From: Polyangiaceae bacterium
GTDB taxonomy: Bacteria; Myxococcota_A; Polyangia; Polyangiales; Polyangiaceae
Reading direction: 5' to 3'
NCBI GenBank assembly: GCA_035063585.1
Contig: JAPSGB010000032.1
Coordinates: 1-52,473, forward strand
Length of the DNA stretch: 52,473 nt
Shown here: piece by piece, positions 52,081-52,473 of the stretch
How the letters are laid out: each line of letters starts with the position of its first letter
Numbering within the stretch: the stretch's first letter is position 1
Program-made: the position numbers and the translations under genes
The notes under the pieces: generated by a model
Told to the model about the DNA's origin: nothing
Database searches by the model: none
Seen by the model: only the letters and a program-made list of their open reading frames with translations

Positions 52081-52473
52081 CGAGCGCCGCGGCTCCGCGG
52101 GTCGCCGCGCTCGCCCGCGCCGGCCAGCTCGAAGCGGCCGCCGAGCTCGCCGAGGAGCTCGGCGATCCGCGCGCCGCGGCCGAGCTCTGGGAGCAGGCGT
52201 GTCGCTACGAGCGCGCGGCACGCGCCGCGCTCGCGGCGGGAGCGCCCGAGCGCGCGCTCATCGCCGCGGCGCGCGCCGGGAGCGCCGAGCTCGGCGACCG
52301 CGCGCTCGCCGCGCTCGCGAGCGAGCCCGAGCGCGCGGCACGCGCCGCCGCCCGCGCCGCCGCCGCCGGGTTCCCCGAGCTCGCCGCGCGCGCGCGGCTC
52401 GCCGCCGGTGACGCGCCGGGCGCGGCCCGCGACTTCGAGGCGGCGCGAGCCTGGCTCGAGGCGGCGCGCGCCT
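52077..52473 (+). CDS. Partial Ala-rich TPR-like helical protein, runs off the window
   Basis: GTG overlapping the upstream stop (GTGA); frame open to the window end, reading AAELAEELGD..AAELWEQACRYERAA. Confidence 0.6.
   Translation, partial: MTSAAAPRVAALARAGQLEAAAELAEELGDPRAAAELWEQACRYERAARAALAAGAPERALIAAARAGSAELGDRALAALASEPERAARAAARAAAAGFPELAARARLAAGDAPGAARDFEAARAWLEAARA

Overview
This is a very GC-rich bacterial chromosomal window. Gene content and style (Cys-rich and Gly/Thr-rich lipoproteins, a Hanks kinase with the GSPAHMAPE variant, a large OmpA fusion) suggest Myxococcota, probably Polyangiales; this is inference. It is mostly core genome: tRNA-Asn(GTT), a MOP-family flippase, the rimP-nusA-ylxR/L7Ae-infB-DUF503-rbfA operon, serA, pyk, lysA, a cardiolipin synthase, pspA, lpdA, a 2-oxoacid dehydrogenase E1-alpha, an FNT channel, dppB/C-type permeases, a ferredoxin and a YcbK-type peptidase, interspersed with secreted proteins. 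I found no CRISPR array, transposase or integrase. The leads I rank highest are: (1) pspA directly followed by a protein that looks like a catalytically dead cyclase plus STAND NTPase; (2) two unrelated tandem arrays with the same 71-bp period between the tRNA promoter and the flippase; (3) a solitary SctU/FlhB gene with intact NPTH behind an M48 lipoprotein; (4) pyk translationally coupled to a Ser/Thr kinase; (5) a widespread leaderless-promoter signature; (6) paired TTGAY-N5-RTCAA boxes upstream of the FNT gene; (7) a long hairpin in the rimP leader; (8) a dispersed 18-bp REP-like motif. All family calls come from motif recognition by eye; no database search was run.
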